The notes beneath the pieces were generated by a model that worked only from the letters and a program-made list of their open reading frames with translations, was not told the origin of the DNA and made no database searches. Positions 1 to 9,747 of a DNA stretch of 64,000 bases are shown in pieces (positions within the stretch are counted from its first letter, which is position 1; the number at the start of each line of letters is the position of its first letter). Source of the stretch: Oculatellaceae cyanobacterium bins.114 (GTDB taxonomy: Bacteria; Cyanobacteriota; Cyanobacteriia; Elainellales; Elainellaceae). The translations under genes were made by a program, and so were the position numbers. Location: positions 64,001 through 128,000 of the forward strand of contig JANRJA010000077.1 of NCBI GenBank assembly GCA_033764315.1. Reading direction: 5' to 3'.

Positions 1-678
1 GATGATGCCTCCAACCGCCTCCCAGCCGAGATTGTGGAGTCGTTTCCCAGTGTGACACTGCTTGCTGCATCCCAACGAGTGGGGCCTTATCGGCTCATTC
101 AGCAAGTGATTGATGACACCCATTATTGGGGCTATTTGTTTCAAGATGCCGATGATTGGTCAAGTAGCGATCGCCTTCAACAATTGATGTACTTGGCATT
201 AACCACTGGAGCTGAACTGGTGGGCACTCAGGAAATGCGCGTCAATGAGGATACAGCCCGCTGCATTCCTATCAACTATCCATTGGATGTGAATGCCGCT
301 CTAGCAACGAAACCAGGACATGCCATGTTACATCCCACCAGTTTAGTCACCCGCGATCTGGTGCAACGCCTCGGCGGATTTGCGACGGGTTTGCGCTTTG
401 GCGGAGACACAGAGTTTTTGTTGCGAGCAGTGTGGGTCGCCCAAGTGATCAATCTTCCGAGCTACAGCTATTTTCGGCGCAAACGACCTAACTCACTCAC
501 GACCGATCCAGCGACAGGGCTAGAGTCTCCAGCCCGCCGACAATTATTGCACCAGTTGAAACAAGGCGCGATCGCCCGTCAAGCCACATCCACAGCAGGA
601 CAACAGCCTGATCTCAGGGCGATCGCTACGGCTCCAGCAATTCAGCTCACGCACATCACAGGGCCATGCCTCCACTAG
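1..678 (+). CDS. Glycosyltransferase family 2 protein (5'-truncated by window edge)
   Basis: Frame 1 is open from base 1 (DDAS...), with FQDADD DxD motif and GGF...GGDTEFLLR typical of GT-A/GT2. Confidence 0.8.
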   Translation, partial: DDASNRLPAEIVESFPSVTLLAASQRVGPYRLIQQVIDDTHYWGYLFQDADDWSSSDRLQQLMYLALTTGAELVGTQEMRVNEDTARCIPINYPLDVNAALATKPGHAMLHPTSLVTRDLVQRLGGFATGLRFGGDTEFLLRAVWVAQVINLPSYSYFRRKRPNSLTTDPATGLESPARRQLLHQLKQGAIARQATSTAGQQPDLRAIATAPAIQLTHITGPCLH

Positions 679-699
679 GTCGCACATACCTGTAGTGGG

Positions 700-965
700 G
701 TTTCCTTAGATCATCCTCCCGAACTGATCCCCCTCAGTCCCCCTGATTAAGCTAACTCTGTACGCACAAGTCCTCTCAACTCCTTAAATCTCCTAACTTT
801 GGGAGGCTTTGAGCCTTTGCCAAGGGTCTTGCCCCCACCCGAAACACCCTAACTTGGAACCAATGCGAATCGTGCCTTTGGGTAAACTGAAACACCTTCT
901 GCTAGGGGGCTTGGGGGAGGTAGGGAGATCTGATGTGTCGCATTCACAACTCAATATTGGTATAA
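700..965. repeat. Degenerate cyanobacterial intergenic repeat / MITE-like remnant
   Basis: CCCCCTCAGTCCCCCT (~729-744) is roughly complementary to AGGGGGCTTGGGGGA (~904-918). The right end ATTGGTAT resembles the end of the element at 10395-10509. Confidence 0.4.
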
Positions 966-1013
966 CTTGCACACGGCTATAGAGGCGATCGCCGGGTAAT
1001 AGGGTAATCAAAC

Positions 1014-1886
1014 ATGACATTGGCAGTCATCATTCCAGTTAAAAATCGAGTTGAGATCACTCAGTGCATTGCCTCACTGATGTCAATTGCGTGTGTCGAT
1101 CGAGTGGTGGTGTGTGATGGTGGTTCCCTTGAGGCGCATTATCTAGAACCATTAAACGCCTTAACTCAACCACCCCACGTTGAGGTGTTGCACTTGCCAA
1201 TCCCAGGATTTAACAAATCGTGGTTGATCAATCAGGGCATTCAACACACCCAGGATGAGGTGTTGCTGATTTCAGATGCTGACATTGTGTGGAACGCAAC
1301 AACGATAGAACAGTTGCGAGCTATGGTGATGACTCAGCCCAATACGATCGCCTGTGTGCATCAGGTGGCTGAATCTGATCCTACGGCAGTCTCGTTAAGG
1401 CGCGATCGCTACACTTACACCATTCAGACCACCGCAACCGAGGCGATTGTTGAAGTTGTAGCAGTCCCCGGTCAAATCAGTGATGTGAAATTCTCCCAAC
1501 GAGACCACCGCCCAGGATGTGGGTTGATTTGTGCCCAGAGAAGCACGCTATTGGCACTGGGAGGCTACAAAGAGCTGTTTCAGGGATGGGGCTGGGAAGA
1601 TCAAGATTTGCTGATGCGCGCGAGATTATTGGGCATGTCGATTCAAACGGTGGGTTCAGTTCTGCATTTGTCTCATGCTGACACCACTCGTAACCAGCAC
1701 TGGGGTCAGGCCGAACCGAGCCATACCCGTGACCAAAACATCGTTGCCTGTGTGCGATCGCTGGCTCAAGGGCAATTGTTGGGTGACTTATCGGGGGCGA
1801 TCGCACCACCCCACCCAATCGCTTGTTCTAAAAGCATCTCCGTTCGTTTACCAGCGACACTGTTGCAAAAACGCTTTAAAACTTAG
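1014..1886 (+). CDS. GT2 glycosyltransferase with galactosyltransferase-like (GT7 C-terminal) motif
   Basis: VIIPVKNR, VVCDGGS, FNKSWLINQG, ISDAD, GGYKELFQGWGWEDQD. Confidence 0.85.
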   Translation: MTLAVIIPVKNRVEITQCIASLMSIACVDRVVVCDGGSLEAHYLEPLNALTQPPHVEVLHLPIPGFNKSWLINQGIQHTQDEVLLISDADIVWNATTIEQLRAMVMTQPNTIACVHQVAESDPTAVSLRRDRYTYTIQTTATEAIVEVVAVPGQISDVKFSQRDHRPGCGLICAQRSTLLALGGYKELFQGWGWEDQDLLMRARLLGMSIQTVGSVLHLSHADTTRNQHWGQAEPSHTRDQNIVACVRSLAQGQLLGDLSGAIAPPHPIACSKSISVRLPATLLQKRFKT

Positions 1887-2061
1887 CGTTTGAGTCATAG
1901 TTTTGAGCCTCATTTCAGGATATGTAAATTAGAGCGGCTCAGTCATTCACCCCCAGTCATTCACCGTGAATCATAACTTTGTTCGCCATTGTCTGCTTGG
2001 TGAGCTTGGGGTCACTGAGCGTTGTTGAAGTGCCGAACTCTACTCTCCATTTCCATCTAAC

Positions 2062-2790
2062 ATGACCATCAAACTCTCGTTAATCGTGACCTATCGTCGG
2101 CGTGAAGCTCATCTAGACACTCAACTCAACTGGTGGAAAGCACACCCCGAACTGGCTCACTTTTGCGAATTAGTTCTGGTCGAAGTAGATGAAACTCCGA
2201 CACCTTGGATTCAAACTGCAATTCGCCATACTCCGGTGCAATATCACTTTTGTCCCTGTCCGGGGGTGTTTCACAAAACAAAAGCTCTCAATTTAGGGTT
2301 GAGTGTGGCACAGGGCGAGTGGGTCGCGCCCTTTGATGTCGATTTGATTCCGGTGGCAGATAGCCTGACCTGCCACCTCCGCATTGCCGCGACTTCCCCC
2401 TCGCTGTTAGTGACAGGATATCGAGTGATGTCAACGGCTGAAACTATTCATGTGAGACAGGTAGACGCTGCGTTAGCGCAGGCCGCGATCGCCCCTGAAG
2501 ATATGCCAACAGCGTTGTGGAAGCATTTGATTCGGGGTGAACGGTTTGGTGTGGTTCCCTTTTTTCAACGCGATCGCCTGCTACAGATTGGCGGCTGGGA
2601 CGAAGCATTTGTCGGGTGGGGAGGCGAAGACCAAGACATCATTGAGCGATATTTAGAACGCGATCGCTATCTCTGTCGATGCCCTGAATTAGTCTATCTG
2701 CACCTGTGGCACGACCGCGATCCGCACTGGACAGAACCCAATCTCATCGAGCAAAATCGCCAACACTATTACAGCGGGCGTCGTTCTTAA
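2062..2790 (+). CDS. GT2/GT7C-like glycosyltransferase
   Basis: FHKTKALNLG, FDVD, GGWDEAFVGWGGEDQD, HLWH motifs. Confidence 0.85.
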   Translation: MTIKLSLIVTYRRREAHLDTQLNWWKAHPELAHFCELVLVEVDETPTPWIQTAIRHTPVQYHFCPCPGVFHKTKALNLGLSVAQGEWVAPFDVDLIPVADSLTCHLRIAATSPSLLVTGYRVMSTAETIHVRQVDAALAQAAIAPEDMPTALWKHLIRGERFGVVPFFQRDRLLQIGGWDEAFVGWGGEDQDIIERYLERDRYLCRCPELVYLHLWHDRDPHWTEPNLIEQNRQHYYSGRRS

Positions 2791-2824
2791 ATCAAAGCAG
2801 CAATAGGACTAGCTAGCTATAGCT

Positions 2825-3046
2825 CTATGACTCCAATGCACAATTGGGAAATCTGCCTAATTTATTAGCATCCACGATCGCATTGCGACACTCTAACAAA
2901 CTGGCTCCAGTACGGCGCGATAATTCTCGCAAGTCAATCATGGGGTTGCTCGTTTGAGGTGCTCTTAGATACATCTCGTACGCCACATCCAGCACCTTGG
3001 AATTCAACATTAAAGGTTTGACAGTGGACTCTAATAACTCAAACAT
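2825..3046 (-). CDS. Small hypothetical protein, possible HTH (IDLRELSRRTGASLLECRNAI)
   Basis: 73-aa ORF filling an otherwise empty gap; helix-turn-helix-like pattern. Confidence 0.6.
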   Translation of the reverse strand: MFELLESTVKPLMLNSKVLDVAYEMYLRAPQTSNPMIDLRELSRRTGASLLECRNAIVDANKLGRFPNCALES

Positions 3047-3166
3047 AACCGGACACCCAAACGCATAAACTGTACTCTCTTCTATATCGCAGAATGAACA
3101 GGTACACGACTTCTACCTATGGGCAAATCTCAGTAGAGTCAGCCTTCTGCCAAAAGTAGAGGCACT

Positions 3167-5341
3167 TTAGCTGGGCATCCGCTCGCTCAGTGTCGAAGAA
3201 CCCACGAAACTCAGATCTGTCATACAGTTAGCACAACCACAACGGGTATAGGTGATGGGTTGGGATGAGGCAGAATTGTTAGAACGATTTTGAGAAGCTG
3301 CACCATAATTCACCGTAAAGCGAATATCATCCAAAACCGCCAGATCTAAAACCGTCGGCAGAATGCGAGTACCAGAGGCAACAAAAGGATTCATCAGAGG
3401 TGCACCATAATTGCCAAACTCATAGCCTGGGCGAATATGAGACCCATCGCCCGACAGTGGGATAGGATTGCCCCCGTTGTAAGCTTTAGCATTGGTACCT
3501 ATAAACGCCCCATTCACAACGCGACTGCTGAATGCGTTGTCAACTCCAGAAAAACCGAGGGTATGTCCAATCTCGTGCACAGCTACTGAAATGAAATCGA
3601 GATCACCCGCAGGAATATCATCAGCCGTGTTGGGGCTACTGTCAAAGAACCAGTTTGTGGAGAGATCAAACTCAACAGAGGCATCGGCACTAAACTCAGA
3701 GTTACTCCATGAGCGAGCGGCGGTCGTGCCGCCTAACTCATCTGCCACTACATTGATGGTCAGGTCAACGGCTCCAAATAGATCATCTTGAATAATCTTC
3801 TCCCAAATGCTGGCAGCCGCTTCTAATGCCGCTCGACGTTGAGGTGTAAACCAACCGATCGCATCACTACTGTAATCAAACTCGATGTTAAACGGACGAC
3901 TACTGGGTAAACCGCTAACGCTGACAGCATCTTGATCGATCGCATTCCCCCGGTTGCTGTTGTTACTCTCATCGGCTTCTCGAACGGCTCCGTTAGGGTC
4001 AATCGTCATACCCACGTAATAGGTGCCATTGTTTTGCCAAAAGAGGTCGTTGGCATTGGGCAGAGATAACGGGGCACTCAAGTTGCCTGTCGTGCTGTTG
4101 GCATTGAGGCCAGCCAGGTCATAGGAACCTAACAGGCGATCGCCCTTAGTGATCTGAGTATCACTCGACAGATAAAAGTTGACTCGAAACGCCCCAACCC
4201 CCTCAGTTCCTGTGTTTTGCAGTTGAAAATGAGCAGCAAAATTGCTACCCACACTGAGAGCACTGGGAGCCTCAAAAGCAGTCGCAATCAGATCGACAGA
4301 GGGCAGGTTGAGCGTTAGGGTGTAGGTGCTATCGCCCCGTACCTGGACGTAGTAAGTACCTGCCGTCAGATCGCGGGTGATGGATTTGACCCAATCTGAC
4401 CCCAAGACCACTTGCACCGTTGCGCCATTGCTATCTAACAACTCAATCGCCTCTGGAGAGTGCCCTAAGCCATCTAGCGTGAGTGCCAAATTAATATCTC
4501 GGCTTAGATGAAAACGATAGTAATCACGGGTATTGACACTAGAGCTGAGCCAGTTGCTGACCTGTTGAGTGCTGGTCAAGGTGCCTAAATCGCGGGCTTG
4601 CTCGCGGCTATTGCCAGCTTGGTCGGGTCTGGCATTTAACGTCAGAGTGTAGTTGAGCTGGGGCTGTGAGGGGTTGGCTTCAAGCTGGATGTAATAAGTC
4701 CCTGGTGCGACGGCCCAAGTCCAGGCTTGGCTGGTGTCCATAGCGGTCAGTTGCCCTGCAATGCTGCTGCCATCGCTTTGCAACAGAGACACGGTGCTAA
4801 GTGAGTTGTTAAGGTTGATCGTGAGATGGGTCAAACGAGTCAGATCAAAACGATAATAGTCGCGCTGATCGCTGCCCCCAATCGCCTCTTGCACCGTGCG
4901 ATCGCCAAACGGATCACCATTCAAATTGCCAAGATCACGGGCTTGATTGAGGCTATTGTTTGCGTCATCGACGGTTGGTTCTGGCGGTGCAACAGAGGCG
5001 GAGACCCCCAACAGATACCGAGTTTTGGCTCTGCCTCGCCCCGCCGAAACAACTCGAATAAAGTAAGTTCCTGGATTTAAGAGGGTGTTGATAGATTCGC
5101 GACTTTTACCAGGGTGGCTCGACTGTTGAATCACTTGCCCAGAGGCCGTGAGCAGTTGCAGATTGGCGTCTGCTGTGAATGGACTGAGGAAAAAATTGTA
5201 ACTCCGGCGATCGCTCAGGTTGAGCCTAAAGTAGTCATTGCGATCGCTGCCCCCAATCTGATCGCGATAACGTCTGTAACCAGAACCCGCATAAATCACT
5301 CTCGCCTGCCGGGGAGTGTTGTCAACACGGTCTACAGGCAT
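3167..5341 (-). CDS. PPC-repeat / CARDB-domain zinc metalloprotease
   Basis: Three D-Y-Y/F-R-x-x-L...GTYYI/V repeats (PPC-like), CARDB-like segment (EADESNN), HEIGHTLG zinc motif at 3563-3577, downstream SH and LMNP Met-turn. Confidence 0.8.
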   Translation of the reverse strand: MPVDRVDNTPRQARVIYAGSGYRRYRDQIGGSDRNDYFRLNLSDRRSYNFFLSPFTADANLQLLTASGQVIQQSSHPGKSRESINTLLNPGTYFIRVVSAGRGRAKTRYLLGVSASVAPPEPTVDDANNSLNQARDLGNLNGDPFGDRTVQEAIGGSDQRDYYRFDLTRLTHLTINLNNSLSTVSLLQSDGSSIAGQLTAMDTSQAWTWAVAPGTYYIQLEANPSQPQLNYTLTLNARPDQAGNSREQARDLGTLTSTQQVSNWLSSSVNTRDYYRFHLSRDINLALTLDGLGHSPEAIELLDSNGATVQVVLGSDWVKSITRDLTAGTYYVQVRGDSTYTLTLNLPSVDLIATAFEAPSALSVGSNFAAHFQLQNTGTEGVGAFRVNFYLSSDTQITKGDRLLGSYDLAGLNANSTTGNLSAPLSLPNANDLFWQNNGTYYVGMTIDPNGAVREADESNNSNRGNAIDQDAVSVSGLPSSRPFNIEFDYSSDAIGWFTPQRRAALEAAASIWEKIIQDDLFGAVDLTINVVADELGGTTAARSWSNSEFSADASVEFDLSTNWFFDSSPNTADDIPAGDLDFISVAVHEIGHTLGFSGVDNAFSSRVVNGAFIGTNAKAYNGGNPIPLSGDGSHIRPGYEFGNYGAPLMNPFVASGTRILPTVLDLAVLDDIRFTVNYGAASQNRSNNSASSQPITYTRCGCANCMTDLSFVGSSTLSERMPS

Positions 5342-5582
5342 AACGATGGTAGATAAAGAGTCAGTCTATTATGCCGTTCAACTCGCTTCAACGGGTTGAT
5401 TTTGTAGTGACTTACACAATCTTTTAGGATCTGTGAAACTCTAAAAAAGTTGTCACGCTGTACCAATAGTTCGGGAACATGCCTTGGGAGCATGGTTTGG
5501 GAAAATGCTTTGGGAACAGAGCCTTGGGAGTGGAGAACCCAGTCTTGCGGCTGTTTGCTGGCTGCCTATTGCTTTAGGCTGC

Positions 5583-8500
5583 CTATTTCTTTAAAAGTGT
5601 GGCGATCGCCTGAATCAGTTGATCGGGGTCAATTGGTTTTGCCAGATGCAGTTGAAAACCCGCCTGGAGGGCTTGTTGCTGGTTGCTCTCACCTGCATAG
5701 GCTGTCAAAGCGATCGCAGGCACCTGGGCATATTGCGGCAACTGATGACGCACTTGTCGCAGCAATGTGTAACCGTCAACTTCGGGCATGCCGATGTCAC
5801 TGATGATAATGTGAGGCTGAAACTCCTGTAATGCAGCTAACGCTTCAGCGGCTGAGGGGACTGCCCGCACGATCGCCTGATGTTCTTGCAAGATCACGGT
5901 CACTAACTCACGCGCATCCGGTTCATCATCAATGACTAAAATATGAGCGTGTTGAAGCGGCGATGAATAAGCTAGTGGAGGTTCTTGCCCATTCAGTTGA
6001 GCAGTATTGCTATGCCACTGACAGAGGGGAAGCCGCACCATAAATGAGGCTCCTTGACCTTCTCCAGCACTATAGACTTTGGCTGTGCCTCCATGCAACT
6101 CAGTCAAATGTTGAACGATCGCCAACCCCAACCCCAATCCCCCAAACCGTCGAGTTGTGGTGCTATCTTCTTGCCTAAAATAATCAAAAACGTGGGGCAA
6201 AAATTCAGGTCGAATGCCCTTGCCAGTGTCAGCAACCGTGATTTGGACATAGTCAGCCGGATGCAGGAGTAAGGGTGTAGAAACTATGGAAGGTTGACCG
6301 CTATGAGAGCCGCTGTTATTGGATGTGCTGTTATTGGATGTGCTGTGACTGGATGTGCTGTGACTGGATGTGTTGTTACTAGATGTGCTGTTGAATGTGT
6401 TGTTGGATAAAGGATTACTTTGGGTTCCCTGATTGCTTTTTTGCTCCAATTTGACATCAATTCGACCTCCCGCTGGCGTGAATTTGATGGCATTTGAGAG
6501 CAAATTCCACACAACTTGCTGTAACCGTCCTGCATCTCCCATGACTGGCTCAACCTGGGTTGCAAATGCAGTGTGTATTTTGATGCCCTTGGCTTCAGCC
6601 GCCAACCGTACTGTTTCCAAAGCAGCTTTGATCACCGCTTCTAAGTCAACAGTGGTGATATTCAATACCATCTTGCCCTGCAAAATCCGAGAAACATCCA
6701 ACAGATCTTCGACCAGTTGAGTTTGCAGTTTGGCATTGCGCTCAATGATGTCTAGAGCACGATCGCGAGTGGCGGAGTCAAACTGACGAGTTTTTAGGAG
6801 CTTAGTCCAACCCATGATCGGGTTGAGGGGCGATCGCAACTCGTGAGAGAGCACCGCCAAAAATTCATCTTTTATCCGGTTGGCTTCTTCAGCTTTGGCG
6901 CGATCGCGTTGAGCCAGGTTATACAAGCGAGCATTTTCAACCGCAAGAGCAGCCCGTCGTCCCAGTTCTTCGGCTAGGGCCAAATCGACGTGGTCATAGT
7001 GTCGCCCTGACTCGGCACTGGTAAAAGCGATCGCCCCCAACGTGCGGTCTTGGACTTTGATAGGTACAACAATGATCGAGCTAAAACCAACTTCTCGTAG
7101 CAGTCGCAGGTGATCGTCGTCTCGTGCCGCCTCTACTAAGAGCGCATCAGGAATCTCTGGATATATCTCAGACTTCCCGGTACGAATCACCTCTGCCACG
7201 CCACGGGGTTCATTGGGGTCATAGGGATAACGCTGTTGTAACTCTTTAGCCCAGACAACCTTTTTAGGGTTGACATGGGTCACTACGAGTCGCCGAGTCT
7301 GGCTGTCGTCATCTTGAATATGGACGCTGCACCAGTCTGCTAACGCTGGCACGGCCAATTCAGCAATGCTGGTTAGAGTGGTTTGATAGTCAAGGGATGA
7401 GGCGAGCACATTGCTTGACTCGGCCAAAAATCGACGAGCCTCCTGCAATCGAAATCGTTCTGTTTCGTCTAACACGTACATCAACACCGATTCCACTTGG
7501 TCGCCATTGTGCAAAATCGGCAGATAGTAGACTTTGTAATATCCTGGACGGCGATCGCTGCGTCCCGGCATGTGAATCGCTAAATGGGGTGAAACGAAAG
7601 GGGCACCCGTGGTGTAAATGCGTTGAAATAGCTCTACTAAGGTCGGGTCAGATTGTCCAAACAACTCTGCGATGGTGTGTCCTAAGTGATCGGCTTGGCT
7701 CAATCCGTTGATCTCAGCTAATGCCTCGTTGATAGCAATAAAACGTTGCCCACCGTCTAAAAATCCCATCCCCACAGGAGAAGTTTCAAAGATCAACGTC
7801 AGTTGTTGTTGTGCTCTCTCTGCGGCGGCTCTGGCTTGTTGCTCTCGCTCTAAAAGTTGGGCCCGTTCTGCTTCGGCTTTGACCCGGTCGGTGATGTCAA
7901 AACTCCAGCCAATAATGCGGGTTACAGTGCCCTGGCGATCGCGCTCAATGACGGCTCTATCCCACACATGGCGATATTGACCATCGCGATGGCGGACTCG
8001 ATATTCATTGGTGAAATTGCCTTTGCCAGTGATTAATGCATCTTGAGCGATCGCTGTAGTGCGGTGGACATCATCGGGGTGAATCTGCTGATTCCACCAG
8101 TCAACCGTGGGTTCTACTTCTTCGGGGTGATAGCCAATTAGATCACATAAGCCTTGCGATCGCTCGATCTGATGGGTCTCTGCACTCCACTCATACAACA
8201 CTCCCCGTACCGCAGCTGAGGCTAACTCAAACCGTTCCTTAGCTTGCATCAAAGCCGTTTCAGTGCGTTTGCGCTCAGTCAGGTCGATAAAGGCACTCAC
8301 GGCTCCACGAGGTTGACCCATTTCATCAAACAAGGGAGCCGCATAGCCAAATAACTTAAAGACGGCTCCATCCGATCGCACAATATCAATGTTGATGTCG
8401 TGGATCATCTCTCCAGCAGCGATCGCCCGTTGTAGGGGCAACTCGTCTGGCCGCAATTCTTGTCCGTCACAATACAGCTTAAACGTGAGGTTGCCAGAAG

Positions 8501-8936
8501 ATGGGGTTAAACAAGCATCTTGTCGGGGAGGAACTCCCAACAACTTGACAAGTGGGGGGTTGGCTTTTACCTGATGACATTGAGGATCTTCGGCGATCGC
8601 AATGCAAATCGGAATCACATCAAACAAGGTCTGCAACTCTTCGACGCGACGCTGCAAACTTTGATTTAATAACGAGATGGCGGCTTCAGCATCCTGGCAT
8701 TCATCTTGCAGTTGGTAGGATGTAGCTGATGCAGCAGTATGGGAGGTCTGTTGGGAGGGGCGATCGTCTTGTAAGCTGTGGGCAAACCGTTCAATCAACT
8801 CTGATTGAGAGATGCCCTGCCGATGCGCAGTTTCAGCTAATATCTGGCAAGCGGTGTTTGTCAACGAGAAATTGACCTGCTGTTTGAGGTCTGAATCTCC
8901 ATCGCTAATGGCTTGATCGGCTGAGCTACGTTGCAT
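5583..8936 (-). CDS. Hybrid sensor histidine kinase (RHH-like N-terminus, PAS x3, GAF, HisKA, HATPase, REC)
   Basis: LSHELRSPL H-box, NLLSNAIKFT, DTGKG, GGLGLGL, C-terminal receiver (IDDE, SDIGMP, AKP). Confidence 0.93.
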   Translation of the reverse strand: MQRSSADQAISDGDSDLKQQVNFSLTNTACQILAETAHRQGISQSELIERFAHSLQDDRPSQQTSHTAASATSYQLQDECQDAEAAISLLNQSLQRRVEELQTLFDVIPICIAIAEDPQCHQVKANPPLVKLLGVPPRQDACLTPSSGNLTFKLYCDGQELRPDELPLQRAIAAGEMIHDINIDIVRSDGAVFKLFGYAAPLFDEMGQPRGAVSAFIDLTERKRTETALMQAKERFELASAAVRGVLYEWSAETHQIERSQGLCDLIGYHPEEVEPTVDWWNQQIHPDDVHRTTAIAQDALITGKGNFTNEYRVRHRDGQYRHVWDRAVIERDRQGTVTRIIGWSFDITDRVKAEAERAQLLEREQQARAAAERAQQQLTLIFETSPVGMGFLDGGQRFIAINEALAEINGLSQADHLGHTIAELFGQSDPTLVELFQRIYTTGAPFVSPHLAIHMPGRSDRRPGYYKVYYLPILHNGDQVESVLMYVLDETERFRLQEARRFLAESSNVLASSLDYQTTLTSIAELAVPALADWCSVHIQDDDSQTRRLVVTHVNPKKVVWAKELQQRYPYDPNEPRGVAEVIRTGKSEIYPEIPDALLVEAARDDDHLRLLREVGFSSIIVVPIKVQDRTLGAIAFTSAESGRHYDHVDLALAEELGRRAALAVENARLYNLAQRDRAKAEEANRIKDEFLAVLSHELRSPLNPIMGWTKLLKTRQFDSATRDRALDIIERNAKLQTQLVEDLLDVSRILQGKMVLNITTVDLEAVIKAALETVRLAAEAKGIKIHTAFATQVEPVMGDAGRLQQVVWNLLSNAIKFTPAGGRIDVKLEQKSNQGTQSNPLSNNTFNSTSSNNTSSHSTSSHSTSNNSTSNNSGSHSGQPSIVSTPLLLHPADYVQITVADTGKGIRPEFLPHVFDYFRQEDSTTTRRFGGLGLGLAIVQHLTELHGGTAKVYSAGEGQGASFMVRLPLCQWHSNTAQLNGQEPPLAYSSPLQHAHILVIDDEPDARELVTVILQEHQAIVRAVPSAAEALAALQEFQPHIIISDIGMPEVDGYTLLRQVRHQLPQYAQVPAIALTAYAGESNQQQALQAGFQLHLAKPIDPDQLIQAIATLLKK
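6312..6408. repeat. 15-bp in-frame tandem repeat (GCTGTTATTGGATGT / GCTGTGACTGGATGT), 5 full plus 2 degenerate units
   Basis: Read directly; encodes SNNST/SSHST units inside the kinase ATPase domain. Confidence 0.9.
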
Positions 8937-9068
8937 GGAGCATTTCCGTATACACGACCACGGTTGCTCACATGGTAAGCTGACCCGATTTATTAAGAAA
9001 ATCTGTCTTAAGGGATAGTTCTATATATTCCTTAAAAACTTGTTGCACTATTGAGCAAAAACTTGCAA

Positions 9069-9743
9069 ATGATGGTGGCTGAGCCAATCACTACATTGAC
9101 GGACTATGCGATCGCACTTGAGGCATTCGTTCTAGCAGGGTGGCTGTGGCATCGAAAACAGCACGCCTCGGTGCAGCGTTCTGTGCGATGTTGGGCGGGT
9201 GCATTTGCGGCAACGGCGATCGCGGCTCTGTTGGGGGGCACCTGTCATGGATTTGTCGAGTCATTGGGTGTCAAAACGCTTCAGATCTTATGGCAAGCTG
9301 TCGCTGTGTCAATTGCGATCGCCAGTTTCTTGATAGTCCTGGGAACGGTCATCAGCACAATCTCCCGTCGCTGGCAGTGGATATGGTTGGTCGCGATTAG
9401 TATCAAGGCGATCGCCCATGTTGCGCTGTCATTTACCCAACCCGACTTTCAGTGGGTGATTGTTGATTATGGGTCAGCCCTGTTGCTTGTGGGTGTGCTG
9501 CAAGGAGTTATGGGGTGGCGTGGGCGATCGGGGCACCGCTTTGCGCCCTATTCCAAGAAGGACTTCACAGCTCTCAGCATCCGATGGATCAGAGCAGGAA
9601 TCATCGGATCATGGGTGGCTATTGGCATATTAGGGATGCAGTGGCAGATTGGTTGGCTACAAGCAAATGATTTATATCACTTAGGGCAAATGATCGCATT
9701 AATTTTCTTTTATCGCGGTGCTTTGTTGCTCAAAGATCAATAA
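9069..9743 (+). CDS. Multi-pass membrane protein (DUF6962-like)
   Basis: About 7 hydrophobic helices; EPITTLTDY, GGTCHG and NDLYH motifs. Start uncertain (9051 or 9069). Confidence 0.7.
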   Translation: MMVAEPITTLTDYAIALEAFVLAGWLWHRKQHASVQRSVRCWAGAFAATAIAALLGGTCHGFVESLGVKTLQILWQAVAVSIAIASFLIVLGTVISTISRRWQWIWLVAISIKAIAHVALSFTQPDFQWVIVDYGSALLLVGVLQGVMGWRGRSGHRFAPYSKKDFTALSIRWIRAGIIGSWVAIGILGMQWQIGWLQANDLYHLGQMIALIFFYRGALLLKDQ

Positions 9744-9747
9744 AACC

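Noticed and set aside
5403-5418. NtcA-like TGTA-N8-CACA upstream of the protease
   Set aside because: Mismatch in the TAC half-site and no supporting -10 identified.
6312-6408. Regularly spaced repeats as a CRISPR array
   Set aside because: Contiguous 15-bp in-frame units with no spacers; no cas genes in the window.
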